A stretch of DNA of 63,017 bases, filler included, from Basidiobolus ranarum (GCA_040143965.1; 40 parts of 40 records of this genome joined end to end with filler, not necessarily neighbours in it), one strand, 5' to 3'. Positions 23,897-36,701 are shown, numbered from the whole stretch's first letter. Notes: generated by a model not told the origin, from the letters alone. Numbers and translations are program-made.

Positions 23897-24790
23897 TATT
23901 TACATCCTCTGAACTTGAATATACTGGTCATCAAGTTAAGTATGGATATGATCCAGTATTGTCACAATATCTGAAAAGATTAATGTCTTGATTGTCACTT
24001 TGTTTAGATTAGGATTTAAGCTAAATAAATTCACACCATATGGTTCTTTTCATACCCCTAACCCTAGGCTCTTCACAAGCTACTGGCTGTTACTCCCCCT
24101 ACTACCTTGGCTCCCAGTTGCCTACTTCTCCTCAAAATGTTTGGTTTCCAGTTCTATAATTTGGCTTATCTCTATTTTCTCTCACTTCTTAGGACTTCAT
24201 CAGACTTGACAGATTTGTTGTTTGGTGTATCACTTCCCTAGTTTCTCATCTGCCTGAGTGGCCTTACAGACATGCCATTCTTGGGGTTTTTGATTTACTT
24301 CCATGTAGTCTTAGAATTCTCTGCCTCAAGACTAGACTCTTCATCAGTATTTGCAAGAGTTGGAACCCTCTGATTTAGTCCTGGAGAAGCACCCACTTGA
24401 CTGATTCTTCTTCTTGCTGGAGAATACTGCTAGGAGATCATCAAGTCAGAAAGTTTGCTTCCTTTATAGAAAAAGCTGAGAAGCCCTCTCTTGCCTACAA
24501 AGAATACTTGGTGGACCTTTGGCAGCAATATCTTCAAAAACACACTCCCTTTATGCTTTATGTTAATCCTAGTCTCATTCCACTAATTTCCATTGTTGAC
24601 AAACCATTTTTACCTTTGTTATTCCTCCCACTCCACTTAATAGTGTCTTAGACTCTAATGACTTAACTTTTCTACTTTGCAACATTCATACCAATACTCC
24701 TGATCTCCATGCAATAGTTAAGAAACAACAAAAGTAGTAATGGCTTCTTTGTTTTGTTTGAAATGAAGATTTCACCTGTTGGTGATCAAG
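23897..24790 (+). repeat. Repeat family E (gypsy-associated 3' region/LTR) with a degenerate SCW..DLWQQYL ORF
   Basis: 24325-24787 matches 26321-26785 inverted. 23900-24012 matches 55657-55770, downstream of a gypsy chromodomain. Confidence 0.65.
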
Positions 24791-25206
24791 TGATAGATCT
24801 TCTGTGCTCAATGTCACATCCCCAATCTGCATTATATGCCCAATTAGATCCTTATTCTTACAAGAATATGTGTATCTTAATCCCAGATCAATTGTGTCAT
24901 TCAAATATTTGAAAAACCATTTAACTGCTGCATAATGCTCAGATCCTGGGTTTTGCACATGTTGGCTGACTCCTCCCACTGCAAAAGAGATATCTGGTTG
25001 TGTTCCAGTTATAGCATAGATCAAACTACCCGCCATAGATTGATAAGGGAACCCAGGGCTTTCAAATAACATATTTTAAGCCATATTTGGCCAATTTTCA
25101 TCATTTTTGATGGGATTTTTGACTAGTTTCACACCTGGATCCATGGGAGTTGCTACTGGCTTACAATTCTCCATCCTGTAACATCTGAGAATGTCTGAGA
25201 TGTATT
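24791..25206 (-). mobile_element. Ty1/copia RT C-terminal fragment
   Basis: PVATPMD..FPYQSMAGSLIYAITGTQPDISFAVG..PGSEHYAAVK..ADWG. Confidence 0.88.
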
Positions 25207-25306
25207 NNNNNNNNNNNNNNNNNNNNNNNNNNNNNNNNNNNNNNNNNNNNTTAATTAATTAANNNNNNNNNNNNNNNNNNNNNNNNNNNNNNNNNNNNNN
25301 NNNNNN

Positions 25307-25755
25307 GTATGGGTCGTATCAAGATTCAATTAATGGGTTTCATGATGCTTACCATTATCTTTGTCATTCTGTCTGCTGGCTTCGAAAAGATCCGTGACAC
25401 AGCATTGGCTCTTTTCATTGCTCTCTTCACTCTCGCCCAGTTCTTCTTCAATTTTGGTCCTAACACTACCACTTTCGTTCTTCCCTCGGAAGTGTTCCCA
25501 ACACGCTTCCGTTCCACCGCTCATGGTATCTCAGCAGCTTCTGGTAAGCTTGGTGCCATTATTGCCACCTTTGGCTTCAATCAGCTGGTCGAGATCGGGG
25601 GTGCCGATGGTGAACATGCCTTCCTCCCACAAACATTGGGCATCTTTGCTGGTATCATGTTCCTTGGTTTCCTGACCACCTTCTGGATCCCAGAGACCAA
25701 GGGCAAATCTTTGGAAGAGATCTGTGACGAGATCGAGAATTCCGACAAGAAATAG
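25307..25755 (+). CDS. PHO84: Inorganic phosphate:H+ symporter (PHO84 family, MFS), C-terminal part
   Basis: GRIKIQLMGF, QFFFNFGPNTTTFVLPSEVFPTRFRSTAHGISAASGKLGAI, IPETKGKSLEEI. Confidence 0.95.
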
Positions 25756-26304
25756 ACTTCTGAATGTGTATAATGAGTGGCACTCTTCTATACAAGATTG
25801 TTTCTACTGATTACTCCAGCCACCCTATTTTTATTATATCTTGTTCCATCCAAACGCATTACCTTCCATTCTACATTACGTGCAGTTATTCTTCATCCAC
25901 TCACCAAATTCTCATAACTTTGTACAGAAATATCCAAATCTATCTCACCCATTTTCCATACAGTTAACCAGCTAAATGTTTAAAATCTAGAAGTAGTTAA
26001 TCTTATCGTCAAATAAACCACTTGAAATGTAAATTTTGGTAATGATGGTATGCAACGTAGGTAGAGCAAGTCGGATTACTAAATATGAGCAAGGAACTCC
26101 ATATTTAATCAATTAACAAACGTGACCATACAATATAGAGATAATAGTAAGTTCAGTGAAAGAAACTGCTTCCATTCCTTCCTATATCATACCTTCACCA
26201 GAAGGTACATACTTTGAACTAGATTATCATTGGCCTTGGCACAGATAAACTGTAAGAGTGATTCTCACGAAATAGGGCTGGCAAACTAATATAAATATTG
26301 AAGG

Positions 26305-26785
26305 GTTAGGGGGGGAGACAGTCACCAACAGGTGAAATCTTTATTTCAAACAAAGCAAAGAAGCCATAACTACTTTTGTAGCTTCTTAACTAATGTATGG
26401 AGATCAGGAGTATTGGTATGAATGTTGCAAAGTAGAAAAGTTAGGTCAGTGGAGTCTAAGACACTATTAAGTGGAGTGGGAGGGAGTAACAAAGGTAAAA
26501 ATGGTTTGTTAACAATGGAAATTAGTGGAATGAGACTGGGATTAACATAAAGCATAAAGGGTGTGTGCTTCTGAAGATATTGCTGCCAAAGGTCTACCAA
26601 GTATTCCTTGTAGGCAAGGGAGGGCTTCTCAGCTTGTTCTATAAAGGAAGAAAATTTTCTGACTTCATGATCTCCTAGCAGTATTCTCCAGCAAGAAGAA
26701 GAATTAGTAAAGTGGGAGCTTCTCCAGAACTTAATCAGAGGGTTCTGACTCTTGCAAATTCTGATGAACAGTCTAGTCTTGAGAT
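26305..26785 (-). repeat. Repeat family E copy, with a purine tract (AGGGGGGGAGA) abutting its terminus
   Basis: Inverted homology to 24325-24787. DLWQQYLQKHTPF reads on the minus strand. Confidence 0.65.
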
Positions 26786-26885
26786 NNNNNNNNNNNNNNN
26801 NNNNNNNNNNNNNNNNNNNNNNNNNNNNNTTAATTAATTAANNNNNNNNNNNNNNNNNNNNNNNNNNNNNNNNNNNNNNNNNNNN

Positions 26886-27420
26886 CCGCATTCAGGGCAA
26901 CGATCGATATCGTGACCCTTCTCTACGGTAATCCAGATGTTTTCATGTGTATCAGAGGGGAAACCGGAGCATCCAATAAAACGGAAATCATCACAGGTCT
27001 TGACCAAAATAGGATCTTTCTTGGTACCCATATGAGTCAAAGTCAAAGGTTGCAAATCGAAGAACTCTTTGCCTTCCATTTTGGCTAAGATTTCGAAACG
27101 TTCCAAACCAGTAGCTTGCTCAACATCGGTAGGAATAGTACCGGCTTTGGCACCAGGACCCAACATAGGCTCAACCTCCTTATGGTGATCGTCATGGCCG
27201 TGAGCTAAGTAGAAAACGAGTTAGAGCGTGAAAATTAAATTGTAGAAAGCGAATTGAGTCGCTATCTGGATTTCAAAATAAACTGGGGCAATAAATAAGA
27301 CAAACTCTTACCACCAAGACGAGCGGGAAGAACGGAGAAAGCCTTGACTTGAGTTCTGGATAAAGCGTTAGCTCTGACGACAGAGGTGATAGCAGCGCGA
27401 CGAATAGCAGCGAAAGACAT
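26886..27420 (-). CDS. COX4: Cytochrome c oxidase subunit 4 (fungal Cox4/COX5B). Exon 1 27420-27312, intron 27311-27205, exon 2 27204 to contig end (3'-truncated)
   Basis: Mitochondrial presequence MSFAAIRRAA.... GTAAG..CTAAC..TAG intron. GPGAKAGTIPTDVEQATGLERFEIL..IGCSG..H..RCPECG supplies the Zn ligands. Confidence 0.95.
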
Positions 27421-28463
27421 TTGGTTTATAGATTGTATGGAGCCAAAGGTGTACTTAAAAAGGAACGGTGGACAGAACGAGGTTCTCGAGGACAAAAAAA
27501 CTAATGGAGTCGAACAAACAGACTTGTTTAGTGTGAGTAATCTTAACCACGATCGAAAAAATTTGGGGTAATAAGCAGGGGTTAGCTTCCCTTGGGGGAT
27601 TTTTCCTACACTGAATATTGATCTCATGGATTTTTATTAAGCCCTGTAATATTCTGTACATGAATGGTATTAACTCAAATTTAGCATTTATCCAGCATAG
27701 CTAGCTCGCCGTACCCCACACACTACTTGTCCCCACAATGACTTGAACCCACCCGTGCAAGACCATTGACACTTATTACAAATTCAGGGATGGTAATTTT
27801 TATTGCTTGTACACCTAGGACACATACACACCAGCAATCGCTAGTCACGACTATTCGCGAGCTTACCAAAAATTGCATCCACGAGTCATTACAATAACGA
27901 GCATTTACAATCAATATCAAGCAACTCTGTACATTAGTATGGAGATACATTAGCTGAGGTTGCACACTCTCCAGGGAATTAGTGGTTATATTGATAATCC
28001 AATTAGTCAAATTAGTTAAGCCATTTTTGATTTAAACTAAAAGTTACCAGAGTTGCTTAAATTGAAGTTTATACTGACAGCCACCAACATTGTTTAAATG
28101 AGGATAATTTTAAATGTAAACAATATATTATTGACTCAAAGATTTTATATCTAGTCGGATAAATTCTATATCATCTAAAAGGCGAAGAACAGATTCAGTT
28201 AGACGTTACTTTTTTCCCTTGGAACTAAGCATACACTCTTTATACGAATTCCCAAGATTTTTCCTTACCATCAATGTACCCAACCCCCTCTATCGATTTT
28301 TATTTGACCCACTGGAACTCACGGGAACATAGATAAAAATTTCAAAACGTTAAAATAAACTTGNNNNNNNNNNNNNNNNNNNNNNNNNNNNNNNNNNNNN
28401 NNNNNNNTTAATTAATTAANNNNNNNNNNNNNNNNNNNNNNNNNNNNNNNNNNNNNNNNNNNN

Positions 28464-29941
28464 GAAAGTATAAATTTTATCAGTTTTTGGCTGTTTTTCT
28501 TGATCCTGAATTGTTTTGTTTGAAAATATTTCTTCTTCCACAAATTCCATGTCCCTTGACTTGATTAGCCTCTTATTTTCTGTCTCACATAGCCTTTACC
28601 CTTTTGTTACATCACAATATCCCACAAAACAACATTTCTGGCTTTTTGTTCTAATTTTGATCTCTTCTGGTCTGGAATCAATGCATATGTGGTACTTCCA
28701 AAAACTCTGAGATTAGCCACATCAGATTTACTTCCAAACCAAGCTTGATAAGGTGTTATAGCCAATAGAGACCTAGAAGGACATCTATTCCCAGTATGTA
28801 CTGCAGTTGCAACCAATTCAGCCCAGAACTGTTTTGGTAAATCTTGATCATGAAGCATTGATCTTGCCTTTTCCATTATTGATCTGTTTGCACATCTGCT
28901 ACTCCATTCTGCTGTGGAGAATATGGCACTGTAGTCTGCTGTTTTATCCCATGTGTTGAGCGGAACCTAGAGAAGAGTTTTGCAGTATATTCCCCTCCAT
29001 TATCAGTACAGATAATGTTAATCTTTAGACCTGTTTCAGTCTCCACCTTTGCTTTGAACTTCTTCATGGTATCAAAGGCTTCATCCTTACTGGCCAGAAA
29101 GTACACCCAAGTATACTTTGTCTTATCATCAATAAAGGTCATAAAAGACCTTTTTCCACCTAAGGATTTTGTCTGCATTGGACCACACCAATCTGAGTAT
29201 ATCAGTCCCAATTTTTGATCGATTTTGCTCTTTCCAGAGCCCACAAATGGCTCTCTGTGTTGCCTACCATATTGGTAACCTTCACATAGCTCCAGATCTG
29301 GTGGAATTACAAAATTTAGTCCCATAACCATCATGTTTTTGATTAAATTCCTCATATTTTCAGCTCCTAGATGACCCAATCTCCTATGCCAGATTTTCCA
29401 GTCTATCTCTTCAGCTGTGGCAATATTAGCTTTTTCATATAGTGGCCTAATATAATGAAGTTTATACAAGTTATTTTGCTTAGCTCCAGAAGCTACAAAA
29501 TTCCCTTTTGGATCCCTGATTGTGCAGCAATTTTGATCAAAATTAAAGCTATATCCCTCAGATGTAGCTTTACTCATTGATAATAAATTTTTTGCTATCC
29601 CAGGCATATATAGCATGTTTTTCAGTGTCAAATACATGTCCCTGGAGATGCCCCCAAGATCCACTTCAATTTGTCCTATTCCCAGAGCTTCTAGTGGCTG
29701 GTCATCTCCCATATAAATCTTCTTGTTTATGTCACTTTTGAGTGTCTTAAACCAGTTTTTTTTATTAGAAAGTGTTGAGAGGCTCCAGAATCAGTATACC
29801 ACAACCTACAGTCTTGTTCAGAGGTCACTCATAGGGCAGAAATGAATAAAACTTCCTCTTTGGTTGAAACCTGATTTGCTTGTTCTGACTTCTCATTTTT
29901 GTTGTAATTTCTTGATTTGCAATCTTTTATCTGGTGTCCTG
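28464..29941 (-). mobile_element. Degenerate Ty1/copia zinc knuckle, protease and integrase (same family as 17409-18888)
   Basis: GHQIKDC, WYTDSGAS, KNLLSMSK, WHRRLGH, DNGGEY, PYSPQQNGVA. Confidence 0.95.
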
Positions 29942-30041
29942 NNNNNNNNNNNNNNNNNNNNNNNNNNNNNNNNNNNNNNNNNNNNTTAATTAATTAANNN
30001 NNNNNNNNNNNNNNNNNNNNNNNNNNNNNNNNNNNNNNNNN

Positions 30042-30155
30042 GTCTCCCTGAATCATATTCAGCCCTTGTACTCACTTTGGAAGCAATTGGGGACAAGCTT
30101 ACTCAGCATTATCTGATCTCTTGTCTATGTCAAGAAGAATTTAAAAGGAAAGTCA
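30042..30155 (+). mobile_element. Copia gag fragment
   Basis: Close match to 35416-35525. Confidence 0.75.
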
Positions 30156-30490
30156 ACAGAAAAGAGAAGATATATCCATTTTCTGTTTAGAGAATAGAGA
30201 AAGTCTACAAATATATAATGCTACAATCATCATATTTATATAAATGATTGAAATAATTCACATTTTTCATTCGTTCATACTAGATTACAGAACCCACCAG
30301 TTGATATATTAGATGATCAATACTATAAGCGGGAAGCACTGTCTCATTCGTCCAATGAACAGATTCGTAGATTAAAAATTGATGTCATCCGTATGAGATT
30401 TCTTAGAATGGAATAAGCGTCATTAGAAGTAATAAAAGTGAAAGCAGCCCTCACCACATCCAAAAAAATCCACTTCTATCCCTTGACTCC

Positions 30491-31519
30491 ATGTCCACGT
30501 TTGAAGCTTTTGATTCCTTAGAATCACTCGGGTTGATTGATTCAGGCTCCGCACATAAAATTCGCAAGGCTATTAGTCGAGAAACTCCAGACGTATTTAC
30601 TTACAAAGGAACTGCTCTACAAACCATCTCTAAGTATGTGTTATTCTATACTCTTTATACTGGTCTCTTAGCCTCCGGATACGGTAAACGTCGTCTTTTA
30701 CCTACCTTTAGTAATAGTGTGGCTTCAGTACTTTCTACTGTGACTGGCTTACTTCTGGCCTTTCGTATGAACAACGCATATGATAAATACTCCGAAGGTA
30801 GAAAATTATGGTGTAATCTAACCCTGAACGCAAGAAACTTTACCCGCTATGTTTGGGTTCATGTAAAACCTGACCACAGTGTTAAAGGAGGAAGTAAAGA
30901 AAAAATTTACAAACATAAAGTGGTTCTCATGAAGTTAGCGGTAGCTTACATGCTGGCAGTAAAGCACCAATTAAGAGAGGAAAATGGTTTTGAATTTCCC
31001 GAAGTACACAAAGCTTTACCAAAAAAATTCGTAGACTCTTTGGCCGATAGAGAAAAAGGTGGTTGGAAAGAAGAAGAGAATGCCCCCCTAAGAATTGGTC
31101 ATATGTTGGATACTTATATAGAGTATCTTCATTCGCGAAAAATCTTGGACGATTCTCAATTTAACGTCTTGGTGAACTATGTTAATTCCTTTGTTGATAT
31201 CTTTACAAACCTCGAACGGGTCTTAACCACCCCTATACCATTATCTTATCATATGCATCTCAAACAGATCATTACACTATATTGCCTCGCATTACCGCCC
31301 ACTCTGATTGAGCAGCTTGGCTATTGGGCCGTTCCTGTGATGGCCGTTGCATCCTTCACCTTCTTTGGGATAGAACAGATCAGTTCGTAGATAGAGAATC
31401 CATTTGGGAAAGGAGAAAATGACTTGGCTACTGATGAATTCTGTGATGACATAAAATACGATGTGGAGTCCATGGTCTCTAGAAAAAACATTAATCCTGA
31501 AATATGGACCGATCTTTAT
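30491..31519 (+). pseudogene. Bestrophin/UPF0187-family anion channel gene with in-frame TAG at 31388-31390; the frame continues to the contig end
   Basis: GLLLAFRMNNAYDKYSEGRKLW, LERVLTTPIPLSY, FFGIEQISS*IENPFGKGENDLATDEFC. Confidence 0.85.
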
Positions 31520-31619
31520 NNNNNNNNNNNNNNNNNNNNNNNNNNNNNNNNNNNNNNNNNNNNTTAATTAATTAANNNNNNNNNNNNNNNNNNNNNNNNN
31601 NNNNNNNNNNNNNNNNNNN

Positions 31620-32005
31620 GGTATCTTGACTGTGGTCGTGGTGCTTGGATCAGTGACAGCCAAGGTAATTCATGGTGTGATCCTTACAAGAGCTGGCAAA
31701 TTGTTTACAACTATGATCTCACTGCCAACATGACCAAGGAAGAAGGTAAACTTGTCCTTGGTGGTGAAGTCGGACTTTGGGCTGAACAGATTGACGGTAT
31801 CAACATTGATAGTGTATTGTGGCCCCGTGGTTCAGCTGCTGCTGAAGTGTTGTGGTCTGACATCAAACTTGCTGATGGTACTATTCGCAAGACTGGCGAT
31901 GTCTTCCCTCGTATCAATGAGCAAAGAGCTCGCTTAGTTGATCGCGGTATTGGTGCTGTACCTTTACAACCATTGTGGTGTGCTCGTAACCCTCGTAATT
32001 GTTAA
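31620..32005 (+). CDS. GH20 beta-N-acetylhexosaminidase, C-terminal part (copy 1)
   Basis: YLDCGRG..WCDPYKSWQIVYNYD..VLGGEVGLWAEQID..LWPRGSAAAEVLW..PLQPLWC. Confidence 0.95.
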
Positions 32006-32566
32006 GTTTGCTGTACATTATAGTTACCAATAGCAATATTTGAATAAATTATATTTAATCGTAACTTCAGCAATGACTTCTTTAACGAGATTATCTTCAG
32101 TTAAATTATAAAAAGAAATTCTATCACTACACTGTGATTGGAATTGGGGATAGAGTGGGGTGGATGTACTTTGTTAGATAGCCATTGAAATTTGAATATA
32201 ATGGGTAGTATTCGTGCTCGACGTTTTCGCCCAAAGTCGGAATTTGATGTAACTTATGTTGATCGGAATAACTATTCTGTGATGTCAGGGTAGTTTGTAT
32301 CCTTAAGCGGTAAGTCTGCTGATAGACGTGTCACATTTTCATATTAGTTCGATATTCTCATGAAAACTCAATTTATACATTTTAGGATTCGAAATGCAAC
32401 TCAGACGAGTTTTCGGTTACAGATGTAACAGAAAGTAAATCGATTGAATTGGATACTGAGTTACTCATCAAGAACTCCGAATTTTTCCACGCAATAATAT
32501 ATATAGAGCAAGTGATTCTCATCATTTCAGCAGTAGAGTTTAAATTTATTAGTTAATCTTTAATCA

Positions 32567-33097
32567 ATGGTTGCCATCAAACTCCTTACCACTATCTCAC
32601 TTTTGGCCGCCAGTTCCGTAGCTTGGGTGTGGCCCTTGCCTGCAAAGATGGATGTTGGCCACAACATCATCCGTTTGAGCAGAAGTGAACTCGACATTTC
32701 TATCAAAACCCCAGCTGGTGCTGATATCCTTGAGAGAGCCGTCCATCGCTACAAGAAGTTGATCTTCACCAAAGGTGAGTTCAGTTCCCTCCTTAACCCA
32801 GTTGAGAAGACTGTGTTCCCCATTCCTACTACTTCTGTCCCCGTTCATCAGCTCGCACCCAAGGGCAAGTACCCTACACTGACTGGACTCAGCATTCAGG
32901 TCAGTGGCCACAACACCAAACTCAATCTCGACACCGATGAGTCGTACACTATCGATGTTCCTGCACGTGGTGGCAAGGCTACCATCAAGGCCAAGAGTGT
33001 GTACGGAGCTCTTCGTGGTCTTGAATCATTCTCCCAATTGGTCAAGTGGACTGCAGAGGCCAACCAGTTCCGTATTCCATTCGCCCCAGTCTCAATC
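32567..33097 (+). CDS. GH20 beta-N-acetylhexosaminidase, secreted, N-terminal part (copy 2)
   Basis: Signal peptide, VWPLP, DESYTIDV, AKSVYGALRGLESFSQLV. Confidence 0.95.
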
Positions 33098-33197
33098 NNN
33101 NNNNNNNNNNNNNNNNNNNNNNNNNNNNNNNNNNNNNNNNNTTAATTAATTAANNNNNNNNNNNNNNNNNNNNNNNNNNNNNNNNNNNNNNNNNNNN

Positions 33198-33430
33198 GCA
33201 TAGGCCCAAATTAGGGACTCAATGATATAGTAAGCAGGGCTATTTCTGATCCAAATTGATCCTGTGGTTTGGAATAAAGGTACTACAACTTCTGGAATTG
33301 TATTGGGCACTTGAGTAGGCAAAATTTCAGTTGAAGTGTCCACAGGAATGCTATATTCTTTATTGTTTTGATTTGAATCAATTTGAAAGATTAGATCAGG
33401 AGAAAATTGATTTTTGAAATTATCAGAGAT
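33198..33430 (-). mobile_element. Copia linker fragment (second family)
   Basis: Matches 19036-19270. Confidence 0.75.
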
Positions 33431-33812
33431 TGTCTTAATTCTGATCTTGGCATACTGATCCACTGCAAATAGAACTCCTCTATTATTAGATTATGACATC
33501 ATATCTGCTGTGCCATCCCTTTTTGGCAATCTTGTGTTAGTTCATCCAGAATACCTTATATGGAAGTCATGTTCTTTGGAACATTCCATGAAACCTAACC
33601 AATCATGTCATCCCACACATAGTGTATTTCTGCCAAGACCTTCCATCAAAGGTCACCTGATCATCCTTACATCATCCCTCTTTGTATTGGTCCTTGTAGT
33701 CCCCAACGCCCAACTCTTGACCTTGCCACAGTATATTCCCTAGTCAGTATAGTATGTTTCACCTTGCAATATCTATATAGGCCCCATGTATTCCTTGATC
33801 AGACCTCAGTCT
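33431..33812. repeat. LTR-like repeat family C (TGTCxTxATTCTGATC...)
   Basis: An inverted copy at 50532-50709 ends in ATCATGACA. Confidence 0.65.
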
Positions 33813-34674
33813 GATGATTATACAAGATATACTTGGGTCTACTTTATGGAAAGAAAAGGAGAAGCTCTCTCTATCTTTAGGGATGTTGCAACACTTGTGG
33901 AGACTGACACTGGAACTAAAATCAAGAAAACACATACTGATAATGGTGGAGAATATACTTCAACACTATTTAAGCACTTTTGCAAAGTTCATGGAATTAA
34001 GCAAGAAACTACTGCCACCTATGCATCTCAACAAAATGGAGTTGCTGAACAAGCTAACAGGCCTATAACAGAAATGGCAAGATCTAAAATAAATGCACAA
34101 AATTTATCTCATAACTTTTGGGCAGAATCTGTTGCTATAGCTGTATATCTGAAGAATAGAAGCTTTAATAGAAGTCTGTCTAACTCTACACCACATCAAG
34201 ATTGGTTTGGACTTAAACCTGATTTAAAACATTTGTGGATCTTTGGATGCAATGCTTATGTCAAAATTTGATCCAAAAAGTAGAAAATGCATATTTATAG
34301 ATTACTGTACTCAAACTATGACCTATAGACTCTATGATACCAGAATTTCCAAGTTAATCAAGTCCAGAGACATTTTGTTTTATGAAAATGAAAAATTTTC
34401 ACCCAAATGATCTCAGATCCTGATACAATCATTGAAATTGATTGAAACCAAAACAATGAAGAAAATAGCATTCCTGCAGAACCTTCAACCAAAGCTTTGC
34501 CTACTGAAGTGCCCAATACAATGCCAGAAGTTGTAGTGCCTTTATCACAAACCAGGATATCAAATTGGATGAGAAATAGCCCTAATTACTATATCAATAA
34601 GTCCTGCAAATGGGCCTATGCCTGCACAGCTCAAATACATGAGCCCCAGACTGTAAAAGAGGCCCTAAATAGCT
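33813..34674 (+). mobile_element. Ty1/copia integrase (second family)
   Basis: DDYTRYTWVYF, TDNGGEY, QQNGVAE, FWAESVAIAVYLKNRS, EPQTVKEAL. Confidence 0.93.
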
Positions 34675-34774
34675 NNNNNNNNNNNNNNNNNNNNNNNNNN
34701 NNNNNNNNNNNNNNNNNNTTAATTAATTAANNNNNNNNNNNNNNNNNNNNNNNNNNNNNNNNNNNNNNNNNNNN

Positions 34775-34903
34775 AAACAATTGATTTACTTTTCTACTAT
34801 ATAAGTCACCATATACTCTTAAGAAAAAAGTAACTAAAACACACTATCATAAGTTGCTTGTAATACTCAAAGTCTACCCCCATTATATCAAAATCCTCCA
34901 ATA
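34775..34903 (+). repeat. 3' end of a copia 5' LTR (family B), followed by PBS TGGTAGCAGC at 34904
   Basis: Copies at 50810-50940 and 51895-52005. Ends CTCCAATA (CTCCAACA in the 51895 copy). A tRNA-iMet-like PBS follows directly. Confidence 0.85.
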
Positions 34904-36251
34904 TGGTAGCAGCAAGTGAATTAGACTCTTCTTGCCAAAAGGAGAATACTAATATTCCAACATTCAATGGGGAAGATTTCCATGAATGGAAATTCAAGAA
35001 GCAACTTGTGCTTGAAGGGAAACATGTCTGGGAAGTAGTTCAACCAGATGAGGAAGAAGAAACTTCTCAAGAAGAAAGTACAGATTCCAACACTGAAACA
35101 AAGAAGCCAGGGCAACCTTCAAAGAAAAAGACAGATTGGCATTTAGAGAACTATGTCTAAGATTGGGATCACCACAACTTATGCTAGTCAGAGATGCTAA
35201 CTCTGCCAAGTATGCATGGGAAGTCCTAGTGAAACATCATGAGCAAAAAGGGCTTGCTGACTTGATGATGCTGCTAAGAAAATTCTTAAACTCTTGTATG
35301 TTTGAGGATCAGATATTATCACATATGTAAATGGTGTCAAGAAACTTGCCCAACAACTGGAATCAGTTAATTATGAAGTGCCTGAAATGAATATAATTCG
35401 TACCATAATCAATGGTCTCCCTTAATCATATTCAGCCCTGTACGCACTTTGGGAGCAATTGGGGATAAGCCCACTGAGCATTATCTGATCTCTCATCTAT
35501 GTCAAGAAGAATTCAAAAGGAAAGACAAAAGTCAGCTTGCAGATGTAACAAAAACTACACAGACATCTTATTCTAAAAATAGCCAACCAGAAAGGAGCAT
35601 TGTGAAATGTTACAAATGTGGAAAACTGGGACAGATAGCATGTTACTGCAGATCAAAGAAGAAATGGGTTTCAAAGAAAAAGGAAGCAAAAAACACCACT
35701 AAAAGAGGAAATAAACACTATGTACATGTGGCAACCTATAAATTAGGAAATAACTCTGCTGATGTATGGATTCTAGATTCTGGTGCAAGTAATCATATGT
35801 GTCACAATAGAAACATAATGCATGACTATAAGGAAATAGAACCTCTGGACATTGCAGTAGCTGGAAGAAACAAACTGGTCGCATATGGAATGGGAGAGGT
35901 CACACTTGACATACAAATAAGTAAAACCCAAGGTGAAACAGTAACCTTGGAAGATGTCTTATATATTCCATCATTTACAACAAATCCGTTTTCAATTGGA
36001 GCAATTGAAAAGAAACATTATGATGTCAAATTGAGCCAAGGAAAAGCACCCATATACAAATCAAAGGACTTGATAGTAGCAACTGGAACAAGAATTGGGA
36101 ATCTACATCACCTGGATATTGCACTGATAACTGCAACTGTTTCTAACTTTGCTACAATTACTTCTGGAAACTTGATGACTTGGCATCAGCGCTTGGGTCA
36201 TCTAAACTATAATAGTGTGAAACTATTATATAAAAATAGCCTGTGTACTGG
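34903..36251 (+). mobile_element. Ty1/copia gag, zinc knuckle, protease and GAG-pre-integrase, frameshifted
   Basis: IPTFNGEDFHEW, CYKCGKLGQIACYC, WILDSGASNHM, WHQRLGHLN. Confidence 0.95.
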
Positions 36252-36351
36252 NNNNNNNNNNNNNNNNNNNNNNNNNNNNNNNNNNNNNNNNNNNNTTAAT
36301 TAATTAANNNNNNNNNNNNNNNNNNNNNNNNNNNNNNNNNNNNNNNNNNNN

Positions 36352-36701
36352 CTCTCCACTCCTCAATAATCAAAGCTGCTTTCTTTATGGTAAGTGTTAT
36401 GAGTGGACTAATGTTTGCCAGTAGCAAAGAGTCTGTAACAAAACCTTTGTCTTCTTTTTCAACTTCTGATATACTACCATTGGTACTGGAATAACCAAGG
36501 TGAACATCTAGCTGCAAGTCCATGAAGTTGCCTGGACTTACTGTCTGACCAAAGTTGCATTTCTACCCACGTCATTCTGGTCCTATAGCTGTTGTAACTC
36601 CACAGTATCTTGACTTTTGGCAGTGTTAACAAAACTCTGAGGTAAAGTACACTCAGTGGACTCAATGGGCAAAACTAAAGTTGATTTTGTGCACTGATTA
36701 C
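36352..36701 (-). mobile_element. CACTA-type transposase N-terminal fragment
   Basis: Reverse complement of 7987-8335 (ISPLITLTIKKAALIIEEWR). Confidence 0.82.

Noticed and set aside
25326-25675. Alternative-frame and antisense ORFs over PHO84, and similar ones over hexosaminidase, COX4 and transposons, plus ORFs running into N gaps
   Set aside because: They are shadows of codon-biased genes or artefacts of translating through N.
26301-26312. GGGTTAGGG / CCCTAA telomere-like motifs here and at transposon ends
   Set aside because: Single units only, with no tandem array.
31388-31390. Possible TAG reassignment (in-frame TAG in bestrophin and in the C2H2 gene)
   Set aside because: ADH, PHO84, RAMP4 and the CHAP gene all end at TAG at the expected C-terminus, so TAG is a normal stop.
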